Below are positions 47,207 through 60,630 of a DNA stretch of 64,000 bases, in pieces (the stretch's first letter is position 1; the number at the start of each line of letters is the position of its first letter). The notes below the pieces were generated by a model. It searched no databases. It was given only the letters and a program-made list of their open reading frames with translations, and had not been told where the DNA came from. A program made the translations under genes and the position numbers. The stretch comes from an uncultured Gammaproteobacteria bacterium (GTDB taxonomy: Bacteria; Patescibacteriota; Patescibacteriia; Magasanikbacterales; GWA2-37-8). Location of the stretch: contig CAZWKA010000003.1 in the NCBI GenBank assembly GCA_964634875.1, positions 16,591 through 80,590 of the forward strand, given 5' to 3'.

Positions 47207-48862
47207 TTAGCTTACCAGTTCGCCGCCAAATTCGCTAGCCAGCGTATTAAGGGTCGTATCTGGTGTAGCAGCTCCATAGGGTGAGGCGGCGGGTACTACC
47301 TTAGAATTGAGATTTATTTTTTCATTACATAATTTTTCGAGCGCGTCTTCAACGGCGCGGCGGTTTTTGTGCTCTTCTAGTTTTTCTTTATGGAAAGCAT
47401 AAGGGACGGCGAGGTGCAGTCCTTCGTGGTCGATGCTTTCAATTGAAGACATTTTCAAGATAAATGTCAGTGAGTGGTTAGTTTCGGAGAGTTTAGTCAT
47501 CAGGTCGTTCCATTTACTTTTAATATCTTCAAGCGTCGTGGTTGGAGGTTGGTGGTGGCCGGTAAGTGTGGAAAGGGCTGATTTGATTGACTGGCCAATG
47601 CTTTGTTCGGGTATCTTTTCTGATTCGGCTAGTGGCTGTGGTTCCACCATCTGTTTTACGGGGGCGGCTTTTAGAGGGGTGGTGGTCTGGGTCGCTGGTT
47701 GTGCGGCAGCGGAAGCTGTGGAGCGTAATCCAACTGTTGGTGGGGTAATCGGTGCTGCTTCAGGGGAATGGCAGAATTCTACTGCCAAGAGTTCTAGTGG
47801 TAAAAGGGGAAAGGGCGCACTTTTCATTTCGTTGCGTCGTTTGATGGCCAGGTCCAGAAGCCGAACTAGAGACGGTGCAGAAATTGCGACGCTTGTTTTT
47901 TCAAGCGCACCAAGTGTTTCGGTGCTGTAGAGACCCGAGAAAAAACTAGTGTCTTTGGTGCTTTGGATAATCAGGAGTGCGTGGAGCATTTCAATAAGGT
48001 CAAGCGCAAATTGTTGGGTGTTTGCTCCTTCAGTATGGAGTCTGCCTAGGAGTTTTACTGCTTCTGTGCTATTGAGTGCGATTAAGTGTCCGGTGAATTC
48101 GAGTACTCGAACTGTGTCGGAGCTCGGCAAGATCATTTCAGCATCAGCCTCACTGATTTTTTTTCCACCCGGGGTGGTGAGTGACAATATCTGGCCAAGC
48201 AAACTTTCGGCGTCGCGCAAGCCTCCTTCGCTTTTCCTGATAATGCGGTCAAGCACTACTTCGTCAACGGTTACCCCTTCGGCAGTAGTAATTTTTTTCA
48301 AACATTCCTTCATGAGGGCGTACGGGATGTTTTGAAAGTGAAATCGCTCGCAACGGGAGACAACGGTGGCAGGTAGTTTGTGAAGTTCGGTAGTAGCTAA
48401 AATAAAAATAGCATGCTTCGGAGGTTCTTCCAGCGTTTTTAAGAGCGCGTTGAACGAGCTGGTTGAAAGCATGTGGACTTCATCGATGATAAAGATTTTG
48501 TATTTTGAAGCTGTTGGTTTAAATTGAGCATTTTCAATGATGTTTTCGCGGACATTGTCTACACCGGTTTGTGAAGCAGCGTCAACTTCAATAACATCAA
48601 TACTGCGACCTGCTGTGATATCTGTGCATGACCGGCAGGTGTCGCAGGGCTCAGCGCTGTCTACGGGGCGGTTTTGACAATTGATGGCCTTGCTGACCAG
48701 GCGGGCAATTGTTGTTTTACCCGTACCGCGTGGCCCATAGAAAAGATAGGCATGGGAGACGGTGCCACGTTTAATTTCGTTTTGGAGTGTTTGGAGGATG
48801 TGTTCTTGCCCAAAGACTGAAGAAAAATTTTGAGGACGGTATTTGCGGTAGAGTGTAGTCAT
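47207..48862 (-). CDS. dnaX: DNA polymerase III gamma/tau
   Basis: LYRKYRP, GPRGTGKTT, IIDEVHMLS, SRC. Confidence 0.97.
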   Translation of the reverse strand: MTTLYRKYRPQNFSSVFGQEHILQTLQNEIKRGTVSHAYLFYGPRGTGKTTIARLVSKAINCQNRPVDSAEPCDTCRSCTDITAGRSIDVIEVDAASQTGVDNVRENIIENAQFKPTASKYKIFIIDEVHMLSTSSFNALLKTLEEPPKHAIFILATTELHKLPATVVSRCERFHFQNIPYALMKECLKKITTAEGVTVDEVVLDRIIRKSEGGLRDAESLLGQILSLTTPGGKKISEADAEMILPSSDTVRVLEFTGHLIALNSTEAVKLLGRLHTEGANTQQFALDLIEMLHALLIIQSTKDTSFFSGLYSTETLGALEKTSVAISAPSLVRLLDLAIKRRNEMKSAPFPLLPLELLAVEFCHSPEAAPITPPTVGLRSTASAAAQPATQTTTPLKAAPVKQMVEPQPLAESEKIPEQSIGQSIKSALSTLTGHHQPPTTTLEDIKSKWNDLMTKLSETNHSLTFILKMSSIESIDHEGLHLAVPYAFHKEKLEEHKNRRAVEDALEKLCNEKINLNSKVVPAASPYGAATPDTTLNTLASEFGGELVS

Positions 48863-48942
48863 ATCAGAAAGTGAGAAGCTAAAAACGAAAAGTGTAAAAT
48901 ATTGGTGTCGCCGCGACGACTCGATTATTTTTAGTTTTTATT

Positions 48943-51498
48943 TTATAACGTAGCTTCGCTGAAATCTATATCATCAGGTTTGCTGGAACCAAGCTGGGCA
49001 CGATCCATGATTTCGGCATTGACGATCTCGCGCGGACGGCCATATTTGAGGCGGGAAAGTTCTTTGATGGCAGCCGCTAGTTCCTTGTTACCTTCTTTGG
49101 GACCGTATGTCAACATATTAAAAGGTTTGGCAGCAGTATTGTCGATAAGAAGTTTAATATACGCAGTATATTGTTCGACGTTAATCAGGTCGTACGCACC
49201 AAATACAGGCGCGAATTCCTTGGCGAGAACTTCGGCGTCTTCAACACCGATACGGAAGGAAACAAGTGTGCCCGCGTTACCAAGCACGGCGTCGCGCACT
49301 GTGGTTTTACCTTTGTTGTCTTCAAGTTGCTTCATGTACTGGTGGGCAATGATTAACTCTAAGCGATACTTGCGAGCTTCGGATAAAATGGTGGCAATCG
49401 AGTCAGTAATAAAGTTTTGGAACTCATCGATGTAGAGGAAAAAGTCGTTGCGCTGGTCTTCTGGAAGCGAGGCGCGCTCCAGGGCAGCCATCTGAAGTTT
49501 GCTTACAATAATCATGCCCATCAGGTTGGCATTAATTTCACCCACTAAACCTTTGGCTAGGTTAACGAGGAGAATTTTTTTACCATCCATCACTTCGCGG
49601 AAATTAAAGCCGGAATGTGATTGGCCGATGATGTTACGAACCATTTCGTTTTCAACAAAACGTCCGACTTTGGAGATGAGATAGCCGAGCATTTCTGATT
49701 TGTGGAAGTCAGATGTTTTAGCCATTTCTTTATCCCAATAAGCGCGCACCACCGGATCTTTCAGTTTTTTCTTCCACTGATTTACAAAGGTGTCGTCGCT
49801 GAACATGCGGGGAATTTCAGCAATAGTGCCCGGGTTTTCAAGGTCCGACATGAGGGTTAACATGACGTTGCGCATGTTATGCTCAAACATTGGACCGATC
49901 ATCGACGGATCAGTAACCATTTTATAAAAAATGGAGATCATTTCTTGAGTGGCAAAGTCTTTTTGTTCCTCGCTTCTGACCTCGAGCATGTTCAGGCCGA
50001 TCGGGCGTTCAATGTCTGAGGGGTTGAAATAAATAACATCGTCGGCACGCTCTTTGGGGACGTGTTGCAGTACGTATTCGACAAAGTCACCGTGGGGATC
50101 GATAACACAGACCCCCTCACCGTTTTGGATGTCTTGAACTGCCAGGTTTTGGATAAAGACCGATTTACCGCCACCCGATTTACCGATGACATAGAGGTGT
50201 CGCCGGCGGTCGGAAACTTTCATTTTTACGAGTGTTTCTTCGCCACGGTACATGGCGCGTCCTAAGAGGAGGCCTTCTTTAGGCATGTTGGCTGGCGGCG
50301 GCGCTTTACGGGCTCCGAGCCAGTTAATGTGAGGGGTTTCGGTGTGAGGGACGGGAAGGTGCCAAAAACTAGCCATCTCCTCGGTATTCATAACCATGTA
50401 AAAACCTTCGCGCATGGAGCGATAGATCGACTCTTGGATCAGTGCGGTTTGGCGACGGGGGATGGCTGCGCCAAACGAATTGCCGTAACGGTAAATATTG
50501 TACTGGCTGAAGGAGTTGATGATGTTCTCAAGATTCAATTGGGCTTTTTCTTTGCTAGCAGCTGAGCTGATGAGGCGGATTGTAACTTCAAGTCCGCCGT
50601 GGCTGATTTTTTCTTCCATGTTTTTGACCATCTCTTCTTCCATTTGGGTGAGGTGGTATTTTTCACTGGCTGGTTTACTTGGGTCGTGCTTTTTTGGGAA
50701 AAGCAATTTGCCCAACTTCCCAATTTGGTGGAAAAAAGCGATGCGGTTGGCAACATCCTCAAATTTTTGGCCTTCGCGGATTTCGCGGATGATGTGCACA
50801 GCTTCATGGCGCCATTTTCCGCTGGCTGGACGGACGACATATTGGATGATAGCACCTTCATCTTCAGCGATTTTGCTCAGCGGGTTGAGGATGGAAAGAA
50901 GCGGGTCAGCGTCCATTTTTTTGTAGGTTTTGAAAGGAAAAATTGATTTGTGTTTGAACCACAAATAAGCTCCAACAACATGGCTCGTTGGCTTAAAAAT
51001 GTTATAATCGCTTTCCTCGGTAATTTCGGCGTGTGGATACTGGGCATGGATTTGTTGTTCGACCAGGTCGCGGATTTTATCAGGTACGGCAACGTAAAAT
51101 GAGATTTTGTTTTCTTTTACGACAATTTCAAAAGCAATATGGTCATTGCGTCCGCGCAGCCAAGGGCCCAGTCCTTTTTCTTTGTGCAAACCGGCGATGG
51201 AAGAAAAGAAAGTGTCAGCAACGGCGATTTGTTCACGGACCTGGTTGATATTGTCTTCATTGCCACCTTCTTGTTTTTCACTTTTTCTTTCTTTGGGGAC
51301 ACGGATAAGGAAGATGGTGCGGTGGAATGCCTTGCCTGCTTTATTTTTAGCGTGCAAAACCCCTCGAGCCGTAAACAAAATAGCCAGGAAAATTCCGACT
51401 ATGATAAGGCAGAAGAAAATAGCCGCGCTAATCGGGCTCGCTAGAGCGGCGTTGGCCGCTTCCCTTAGAAAATCAATAAAAGGGGTCAAGAGTTCCAT
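48943..51498 (-). CDS. VirD4/TraG-HerA-like ATPase (type IV secretion coupling-protein family)
   Basis: DRRRHLYVIGKSGGGKS, IDPHGD, LYIDEFQNF, LSEARKY, AHQY. Confidence 0.88.
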   Translation of the reverse strand: MELLTPFIDFLREAANAALASPISAAIFFCLIIVGIFLAILFTARGVLHAKNKAGKAFHRTIFLIRVPKERKSEKQEGGNEDNINQVREQIAVADTFFSSIAGLHKEKGLGPWLRGRNDHIAFEIVVKENKISFYVAVPDKIRDLVEQQIHAQYPHAEITEESDYNIFKPTSHVVGAYLWFKHKSIFPFKTYKKMDADPLLSILNPLSKIAEDEGAIIQYVVRPASGKWRHEAVHIIREIREGQKFEDVANRIAFFHQIGKLGKLLFPKKHDPSKPASEKYHLTQMEEEMVKNMEEKISHGGLEVTIRLISSAASKEKAQLNLENIINSFSQYNIYRYGNSFGAAIPRRQTALIQESIYRSMREGFYMVMNTEEMASFWHLPVPHTETPHINWLGARKAPPPANMPKEGLLLGRAMYRGEETLVKMKVSDRRRHLYVIGKSGGGKSVFIQNLAVQDIQNGEGVCVIDPHGDFVEYVLQHVPKERADDVIYFNPSDIERPIGLNMLEVRSEEQKDFATQEMISIFYKMVTDPSMIGPMFEHNMRNVMLTLMSDLENPGTIAEIPRMFSDDTFVNQWKKKLKDPVVRAYWDKEMAKTSDFHKSEMLGYLISKVGRFVENEMVRNIIGQSHSGFNFREVMDGKKILLVNLAKGLVGEINANLMGMIIVSKLQMAALERASLPEDQRNDFFLYIDEFQNFITDSIATILSEARKYRLELIIAHQYMKQLEDNKGKTTVRDAVLGNAGTLVSFRIGVEDAEVLAKEFAPVFGAYDLINVEQYTAYIKLLIDNTAAKPFNMLTYGPKEGNKELAAAIKELSRLKYGRPREIVNAEIMDRAQLGSSKPDDIDFSEATL

Positions 51499-51524
51499 GC
51501 CGGAAACTTAAGGAGTCAAATATT

Positions 51525-52025
51525 TTATTTTTTGATGTGCACGATCCGATCGGTTTTGATCTTTGCTTCTTGTTCCAGGAAAAAACGGTTCACACCCGGC
51601 AGTAATTTAAGCCATTCAAAAATAAGCTTAAAGATTTTTTTAGCTTTGATATGGGTTGAAAGCATGAGTTCTCGGATTTTGAGAGCCACTTCTTCACCTT
51701 TGATCTTAAATTCCTGTTTAGCGACAGGGGAGAGTCGTTGGTAAGAATCCCCCAGGCCTTCTTCAAGAACTTTTTCAATACTGATGGTGATCTCGTCGCG
51801 TTTGACGGGGATGACTACTTTTTTAGGGCGGTGCAGGCTCGGAAAATGAAAACGAGCCTCGGGGTTTTTACCTGGGCCAGTGGATTTTTCATTCCCAGAA
51901 GGCTCCTCACGCAGGACTTCATGGGCGCGTTCCGGGCTCGGGGTGCTTTTCCCTTGTTCGGGGCCAGGAGCGTTTTTTGGTTTTTCAAATCGAGAGGGCG
52001 AGAGTGGAAGTTCGTTGTCACTCAT
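51525..52025 (-). CDS. Conserved hypothetical protein
   Basis: IEKVLEEGL...FKIKGEE...WLKLLPGVNRFFLEQEAKIKTD; directly upstream of the ATPase. Confidence 0.65.
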   Translation of the reverse strand: MSDNELPLSPSRFEKPKNAPGPEQGKSTPSPERAHEVLREEPSGNEKSTGPGKNPEARFHFPSLHRPKKVVIPVKRDEITISIEKVLEEGLGDSYQRLSPVAKQEFKIKGEEVALKIRELMLSTHIKAKKIFKLIFEWLKLLPGVNRFFLEQEAKIKTDRIVHIKK

Positions 52026-52207
52026 AGTGCTCACTAGTGTAGCATGTTTTTTGCCCAACAACAATATCTTGTGGGAGCGAAATTTAAAAGTATGTTACTC
52101 TCGGTTTGTCATTCTGAGTGAAGCGAAGAACCTCTTCGAAAAGTCTTTCTGTATCCTGAGGCGGACATTGATCGGTCAGCGGTTCGGGGGCGGATTGGTT
52201 CTCTTTA

Positions 52208-53605
52208 TTACTGGGTTTTCACGACAGTGCCTTCTTTTGTATCTTCCACTTCATAACCTAAGTTTTCAATTTCTTGCCGGAGACGGTCGCTTTCAGACCA
52301 GTTTTTGGTTGTGCGGGCTTCGTCGCGCTGAGTTATTAAAGTTTGAATAGTAGCTGGTATAGTTGTTACTTTTTTGTGTAAGATAGGTTCTTCTAAGTTA
52401 TCTTCAATTTTAAGACCAAGAACTTGGTCGAAATGGGATAGAGTTTGAAAATCAATTGCTTCTTGTTCAAACGCTGTCCAAATTGACGCAAGGGCTGATG
52501 GTAAATCTAAGTCGTTGTTTACATGCTTAATAAAGGTGTCTTTAGTTTTTTGCAAGACATCGGGTGATATAGTTTTGTTTTCTTTTTTAAGCCAACGAGC
52601 TTCGCTGTAAAAATGCTCCAGGCCGGTTTTTCCTCCTGCAAGAGTGTCCCAATTAAAGGTGAGTTGTTTTCGATAGTGTGTTTGCAAACAAATAAACCGA
52701 TAGGCAAGGGGAGGGATATCCTTATCTTTTAAGGATTGGAGCGTTAAAAAGTTCTCGCCCGATTTGGCCATTTTTTCGCCATTTGGAATAACTAAAAATT
52801 CGCCGTGCATCCAGTAATTGGCCAAAGGTTTTCCTTCGGCTGCTTCGCTTTGGGCGATTTCGTTGGTATGGTGGACGGGGATATGGTCAATGCCGCCGCA
52901 GTGGATGTCGAAGGGCTGGCCTAGATATTTGGTGGCCATGGCCGAGCATTCAATGTGCCAACCAGGGAAGCCAATGCCCCAGGGGCTTTCCCATTCCATT
53001 TGGCGTTTGGTAGTGTGATCCGAAAATTTCCAGAGGGCGAAGTCGGTGGGGCTTTTTTTATCTCCAATTTCCACTCGCGCACCTGCCTGCAGGTGTTTAA
53101 GATCGAGTTTGGCTAGCTTACCGTAGTCTGGGAGCTTGGTGGTATCAAAATATATCCCGTCTGAAGTCGGGTAAGTAAAACCTTTTTGTTCTAATTTTTG
53201 GATTAAATCAATTTGTTCGGGAATGTGATCGGTGGCTTTACACCAGGTGTTTGGCGGAATGATGTTTAAATCCGCGAGGTCGTGTTCAAAAGCCTGAGTG
53301 TAAAATTTGGCAATATCCCAGGCACTTTTACCCTCGCGCGCAGCACCTTTTTCCATTTTGTCTTCTCCGCTGTCGGCGTCGTCGGTGAGGTGTCCGACGT
53401 CAGTAATATTCATGACGTGGTTAACCTGGTAGCTGTTATAGACCAACACCCGCTTAAGAACGTCTTCGAAGATGTAGGTGCGTAAGTTGCCGATGTGGGC
53501 GTAGTTATAGACTGTCGGTCCGCAGGTGTACAATCTAACCAAACCAGGTTTGGAGGGTGCAAAGGCCTGTTTTTTTCGGTCCATTGTGTTGTAAAGCTCA
53601 AGCAT
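52208..53605 (-). CDS. cysS: Cysteine--tRNA ligase
   Basis: [25 protein letters not shown]. Confidence 0.97.
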   Translation of the reverse strand: MLELYNTMDRKKQAFAPSKPGLVRLYTCGPTVYNYAHIGNLRTYIFEDVLKRVLVYNSYQVNHVMNITDVGHLTDDADSGEDKMEKGAAREGKSAWDIAKFYTQAFEHDLADLNIIPPNTWCKATDHIPEQIDLIQKLEQKGFTYPTSDGIYFDTTKLPDYGKLAKLDLKHLQAGARVEIGDKKSPTDFALWKFSDHTTKRQMEWESPWGIGFPGWHIECSAMATKYLGQPFDIHCGGIDHIPVHHTNEIAQSEAAEGKPLANYWMHGEFLVIPNGEKMAKSGENFLTLQSLKDKDIPPLAYRFICLQTHYRKQLTFNWDTLAGGKTGLEHFYSEARWLKKENKTISPDVLQKTKDTFIKHVNNDLDLPSALASIWTAFEQEAIDFQTLSHFDQVLGLKIEDNLEEPILHKKVTTIPATIQTLITQRDEARTTKNWSESDRLRQEIENLGYEVEDTKEGTVVKTQ

Positions 53606-53822
53606 ACCAGAAAATTAGGATAGAAAGCGCCATTTTTACTCTTCGAGTATACTGTATATCTTAGTTCTTGACAAAGTCTTTTTTCCCTCGAATCCTTCTT
53701 ACTTATCAACAGGCATTCATAGCCCTGAGCGCTCTTTTTTGGTATACTATGAGTACTTCAAAGCCTCTTTATCTCTTGCTGCAACGACTAAAAAGTAAAA
53801 GACTTTTGAGTATTTTCACGTT

Positions 53823-54998
53823 ATGTTTTTTTCCAAGCCAAAGTCTTTTTTAGGCATTGATTTTGGAGCTGGCGGCATTAAGCTTGTTGAGCTCAAACAA
53901 GAAAAGAATCGTCCGGTTCTTTTTACGTACGCAATTGCTCTTGAATCACAGGACATCCATCGTGTTTTGAAGCCGGGCGCTGAACGAACGCTTGGGGATC
54001 TGTTGAAAGAAAAAACCTTACCGGAAACGCGTCCGGCGAGCCAGGTTCAGACTGAAACAGTTGCCGCCCCAGAAGACGGCCTCGATGCGGCGAAGATTGC
54101 ACGTTATGCAGCGCTTATCCGATCGGTTTGCAAACAGGCGCGTACCGTGAGCACGACGGCGGTAGTCAGTTTGCCGGTGTCAGCAGTGTTCCACACTATT
54201 GTTAATTTGCCGATTGTTAAAAAGGATGAGATTGATGCTCTTTTAAAAGCCGAGATACGCAAATTACTGCCGTATAAGCTGGAAGACACCGCCCTTGATT
54301 ATGAGCTTTTGCCGCACGCACCTGATGCTAAGGTGCAGACGGTTTTAGTCAATGCGGTTCCGAATAGCATGGTTTTGTTTTTTTCCAAGGTTTTTCAGCA
54401 GGCTGGTCTAAAGTTACATGCTTTAGAACCTGAATCAGTAGCTCTGGCTCGTTCGCTTATTGGCCGCGATACAGCGCTCACAATGATTATCGATATTGGT
54501 GCGGAGCGAACAAATTTTTTTATCATTGATCAGACCGTCCCGATTACGCACCATAGCATCGAGCTCGGGGGCAACAGAATAAATAAAAACCTGGCGAACA
54601 TGCTCGGAGTTGATGATGGTGTGGTAGAACGCCTAAAAGAAGACCTTTTTAATTACCTGCTCCGGTACCCTGAAACAGCTGGTATTGGTCGTGAAAAGTT
54701 TTTAGCATTGTTTACGACTGTGGTTGATCCGATAATGAAAGAGATTGCCTATAGTTTCAACTTGTATCTGCGGCAAACCTGGAATGAAGCCAAGCGTCCG
54801 GAAAAAATTATTTTGACTGGTGGCGGCGGGTTATTTCCTTTTTTAGCTGATTTTATTAGTGAAACCTTTAAGATCAAATGCTATATTGGTGACCCTTGGG
54901 GACGCGTGGTCTATCCCGACACTTTAAAGCCCGTGCTGCGTGATATCGGGCCACGTATGGCGGTTGCGATTGGCCTTGCGCTCAAGAATCTGGTATAA
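53823..54998 (+). CDS. pilM: Type IV pilus assembly protein PilM
   Basis: LGIDFG..IKLVEL, IIDIGA, ILTGGG, AVAIGLAL actin-like motifs. Confidence 0.88.
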   Translation: MFFSKPKSFLGIDFGAGGIKLVELKQEKNRPVLFTYAIALESQDIHRVLKPGAERTLGDLLKEKTLPETRPASQVQTETVAAPEDGLDAAKIARYAALIRSVCKQARTVSTTAVVSLPVSAVFHTIVNLPIVKKDEIDALLKAEIRKLLPYKLEDTALDYELLPHAPDAKVQTVLVNAVPNSMVLFFSKVFQQAGLKLHALEPESVALARSLIGRDTALTMIIDIGAERTNFFIIDQTVPITHHSIELGGNRINKNLANMLGVDDGVVERLKEDLFNYLLRYPETAGIGREKFLALFTTVVDPIMKEIAYSFNLYLRQTWNEAKRPEKIILTGGGGLFPFLADFISETFKIKCYIGDPWGRVVYPDTLKPVLRDIGPRMAVAIGLALKNLV

Positions 54999-55050
54999 CT
55001 AAATGGTAAGCGAGTTCAGTTTTACACTAAATCACTATTAACCATAGTCT

Positions 55051-55431
55051 ATGGACAAAGATAAAGCTCATATTTTGCTGGTAGAGGATGATGTGTTTTT
55101 ATCGAATATCTATCAGAAAAAGTTTGAAATGGAGGGGTTCAAGATCAGTACTGCAGACAATGGTGAAAAAGGTTTGGCAGATGCAAAACGCAAGAAGCCA
55201 GATATTATTTTGCTTGATGTCCTGCTGCCCAAGCTCGATGGTTTTGCTGTGCTTGAAAAATTGAAAGAAGATCCGGCGACAAAAGAAATTCCTGTCATCC
55301 TCCTGACCAACCTCGGCCAGAAAGATGATGTAGAAAAAGGCTTAGAATCTGGTGCGGCTGATTATTTGATTAAAGCCCATTTCAAACCATCGGAAGTTGT
55401 GGATAAGGTGAAAAAAATATTGCAGCAGTAG
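55051..55431 (+). CDS. Single-domain response regulator
   Basis: LLVEDD, ILLDVLLP, LTN, YLIKA. Confidence 0.92.
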   Translation: MDKDKAHILLVEDDVFLSNIYQKKFEMEGFKISTADNGEKGLADAKRKKPDIILLDVLLPKLDGFAVLEKLKEDPATKEIPVILLTNLGQKDDVEKGLESGAADYLIKAHFKPSEVVDKVKKILQQ

Positions 55432-55502
55432 TCTGGCCGTGGTATACTTTTCTTGAAGTTACGTATGTTAGATTTCATTCTTCCACGAAAGGGGGTGACT
55501 CT

Positions 55503-55925
55503 ATGAAAAGACAAGGTTTTACTTTGATCGAATTACTCGTTGTTATCGCGATTATTGGACTTTTGTCCACGCTCGCGGTCGTCGCCCTTGGCTCAGCCAA
55601 AGTTAAGGCCAGAGATTCCAAACGGCTTTCGGATTTAAAACAACTCCAGACAGCGCTCGAACTATATTATACTGACCAGAATAATTATCCGACCGGTACA
55701 GCAGTTACGCTTGGTGCTGGCATGTACGAATGTCTCAACGCCTCCGGTTGGGCTGCGATTGGTTGTACTAACCCGTATATGGGTAAAGTTCCATCAGACC
55801 CTAATGGTAGCGCGTATGTATATACCTACGGGACAAATACATATACCATTACTGATACGCTCGAAGGTACGGTTAACGGTTTGACTGGTGCTATCCAGCT
55901 GACCCCTTCAGGTATTGGGCAATAA
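55503..55925 (+). CDS. Type IV pilin / pseudopilin
   Basis: GFTLIELLVVIAIIG N-methyl site, ARDSKRLSDL. Confidence 0.92.
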   Translation: MKRQGFTLIELLVVIAIIGLLSTLAVVALGSAKVKARDSKRLSDLKQLQTALELYYTDQNNYPTGTAVTLGAGMYECLNASGWAAIGCTNPYMGKVPSDPNGSAYVYTYGTNTYTITDTLEGTVNGLTGAIQLTPSGIGQ

Positions 55926-56034
55926 TTTTTAACACTGAAAAATCCCTTCCAACATTCCGAGGAGGGATTTTTTTGTTTTCCTTGTCTTTTAATCTTTTCT
56001 TTACTATACTACCGTTAGTTTTTACTTCTTCCTT

Positions 56035-56826
56035 ATGGAATTTTTTCTGACCAACTGGTTCACGTATGCCTTTGTTTTTTTCTGTGGCGTGATTTTGGGC
56101 AGCTTCCTTAATTCATGGATTTGGCGGGCGTGGGAAAATGTCCGGATCATTATGGGTCGTAGTATGTGTGTGCATTGTCGGCGTACTTTGGCGTGGTATG
56201 AGAATGTGCCGATCGTGAGTTTTTTGGCTCTTGGTGGTAAATGCCGAACGTGTTTACATCCAATCCCCAAGCATTATCCGTTAGTAGAAATAGCTATGGG
56301 AGTGCTGCTTACCCTTGTTTTTGCCTACCATGTTAGTCTGCCTGTTTTTAAGGTCGGGCTTTTTTGGCGCGACATTTTTTTTACTACGTTGCTCGTGGTT
56401 ATTTTTGTTTATGACGCTTTGTATATGATAATTTTGCCGCGCGTTGTTTGGCTCGGCGCAGTTGTTGGTTTTGTTTTTAATTATTTTGTTTTAGGCATAC
56501 CACTTCGTTCGTTGATTATAGGAGCTTTGATTGGTGGTGGTATTTTTTTGATCCAGTTTATTATTTCCCGGGGACGGTGGATTGGCGGGGGTGACGTGCG
56601 ATTGGGGTTTATGATGGGTGTGTGGCTTGGTTACCCGTCGATAGTCGTCGCCCTTTTTATCGCGTATGTTGTTGGGGCTATATGTGGTGTGCTGCTTCTT
56701 GCGTTTAAAAAGAAAACCTGGCAGGCTCAAATCCCTTTTGGAACCTTTTTGGCTATCGGTACTCTGGCGAGTCTGTATGGGGGAACGCACATTATTCAAT
56801 GGTACGTCGGTCTTATTGCTGGGTAG
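56035..56826 (+). CDS. pilD: Prepilin peptidase
   Basis: GSFLN, RSMCVHC, GKCRTC, GGGDVRL, IPFGTFL. Confidence 0.93.
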   Translation: MEFFLTNWFTYAFVFFCGVILGSFLNSWIWRAWENVRIIMGRSMCVHCRRTLAWYENVPIVSFLALGGKCRTCLHPIPKHYPLVEIAMGVLLTLVFAYHVSLPVFKVGLFWRDIFFTTLLVVIFVYDALYMIILPRVVWLGAVVGFVFNYFVLGIPLRSLIIGALIGGGIFLIQFIISRGRWIGGGDVRLGFMMGVWLGYPSIVVALFIAYVVGAICGVLLLAFKKKTWQAQIPFGTFLAIGTLASLYGGTHIIQWYVGLIAG

Positions 56827-56877
56827 CCGACCAGATGTTGTATGTAGTTTGAAGTGCTTCGTAATTTTCTACTTTGT

Positions 56878-60022
<3,145 letters not shown>

Positions 60023-60094
60023 GAGGTCTCTTCACTAAAATACCCGGGTTTGTATACCCGGGTATTTTATTAGGTTTGGAATATTTTCTTTCTA

Positions 60095-60547
60095 TCAATA
60101 TAAAACTTTTAAAGTATGGGTCAAAGTCATGACTTTGTTTTTATCAGGACCAGTCACAACAATAAAATACCCCGGGCTCGAAACTGCGGCTTGAAAGCGC
60201 CCGGTAAGTTCGGTGGTCTGCATGTCGCCCTTATTAAATACCCAGGTCTCATCTTCAATAGGCTGTACTAAGACGGCAACGAGACTGGCAGCATCACCCC
60301 AGGCAGTGCCTGGAGCTCCGGAAACCGTTTCTTTGGTTTCAAAATAGTAGACCGGCGCGCGGTAACGGCCAGTGGCTGGATCGTGTTGTTTTATTACGGT
60401 AAAACCAGCTCCTGCGACAATGCTTTTAGAAACACGAGCAGGAATGACGGCTTCGTTTGTTGGTGTTGCTGCGTAGCCAGGAGCAATAAACAGGACGGTT
60501 CCTGCCAATCCAGACAAAAGAAGGGTTAAAATACGTTTGATAAGCAT
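60095..60547 (-). CDS. Secreted hypothetical protein
   Basis: Signal peptide ending GYA; minus-strand TATACT -10 upstream. Confidence 0.6.
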   Translation of the reverse strand: MLIKRILTLLLSGLAGTVLFIAPGYAATPTNEAVIPARVSKSIVAGAGFTVIKQHDPATGRYRAPVYYFETKETVSGAPGTAWGDAASLVAVLVQPIEDETWVFNKGDMQTTELTGRFQAAVSSPGYFIVVTGPDKNKVMTLTHTLKVLY

Positions 60548-60630
60548 GTTGTTAGTATAGACAGCAAAGCAGGTTTTGTCGAGAGCTCCTGCATTGACGA
60601 AAGTAAAAAATTTTGCTAAACTAATGGCCT

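Noticed and set aside
48865-48942. AT-rich weak palindrome between the ATPase gene and dnaX
   Set aside because: Low-complexity pairing only; cannot support a defined element.
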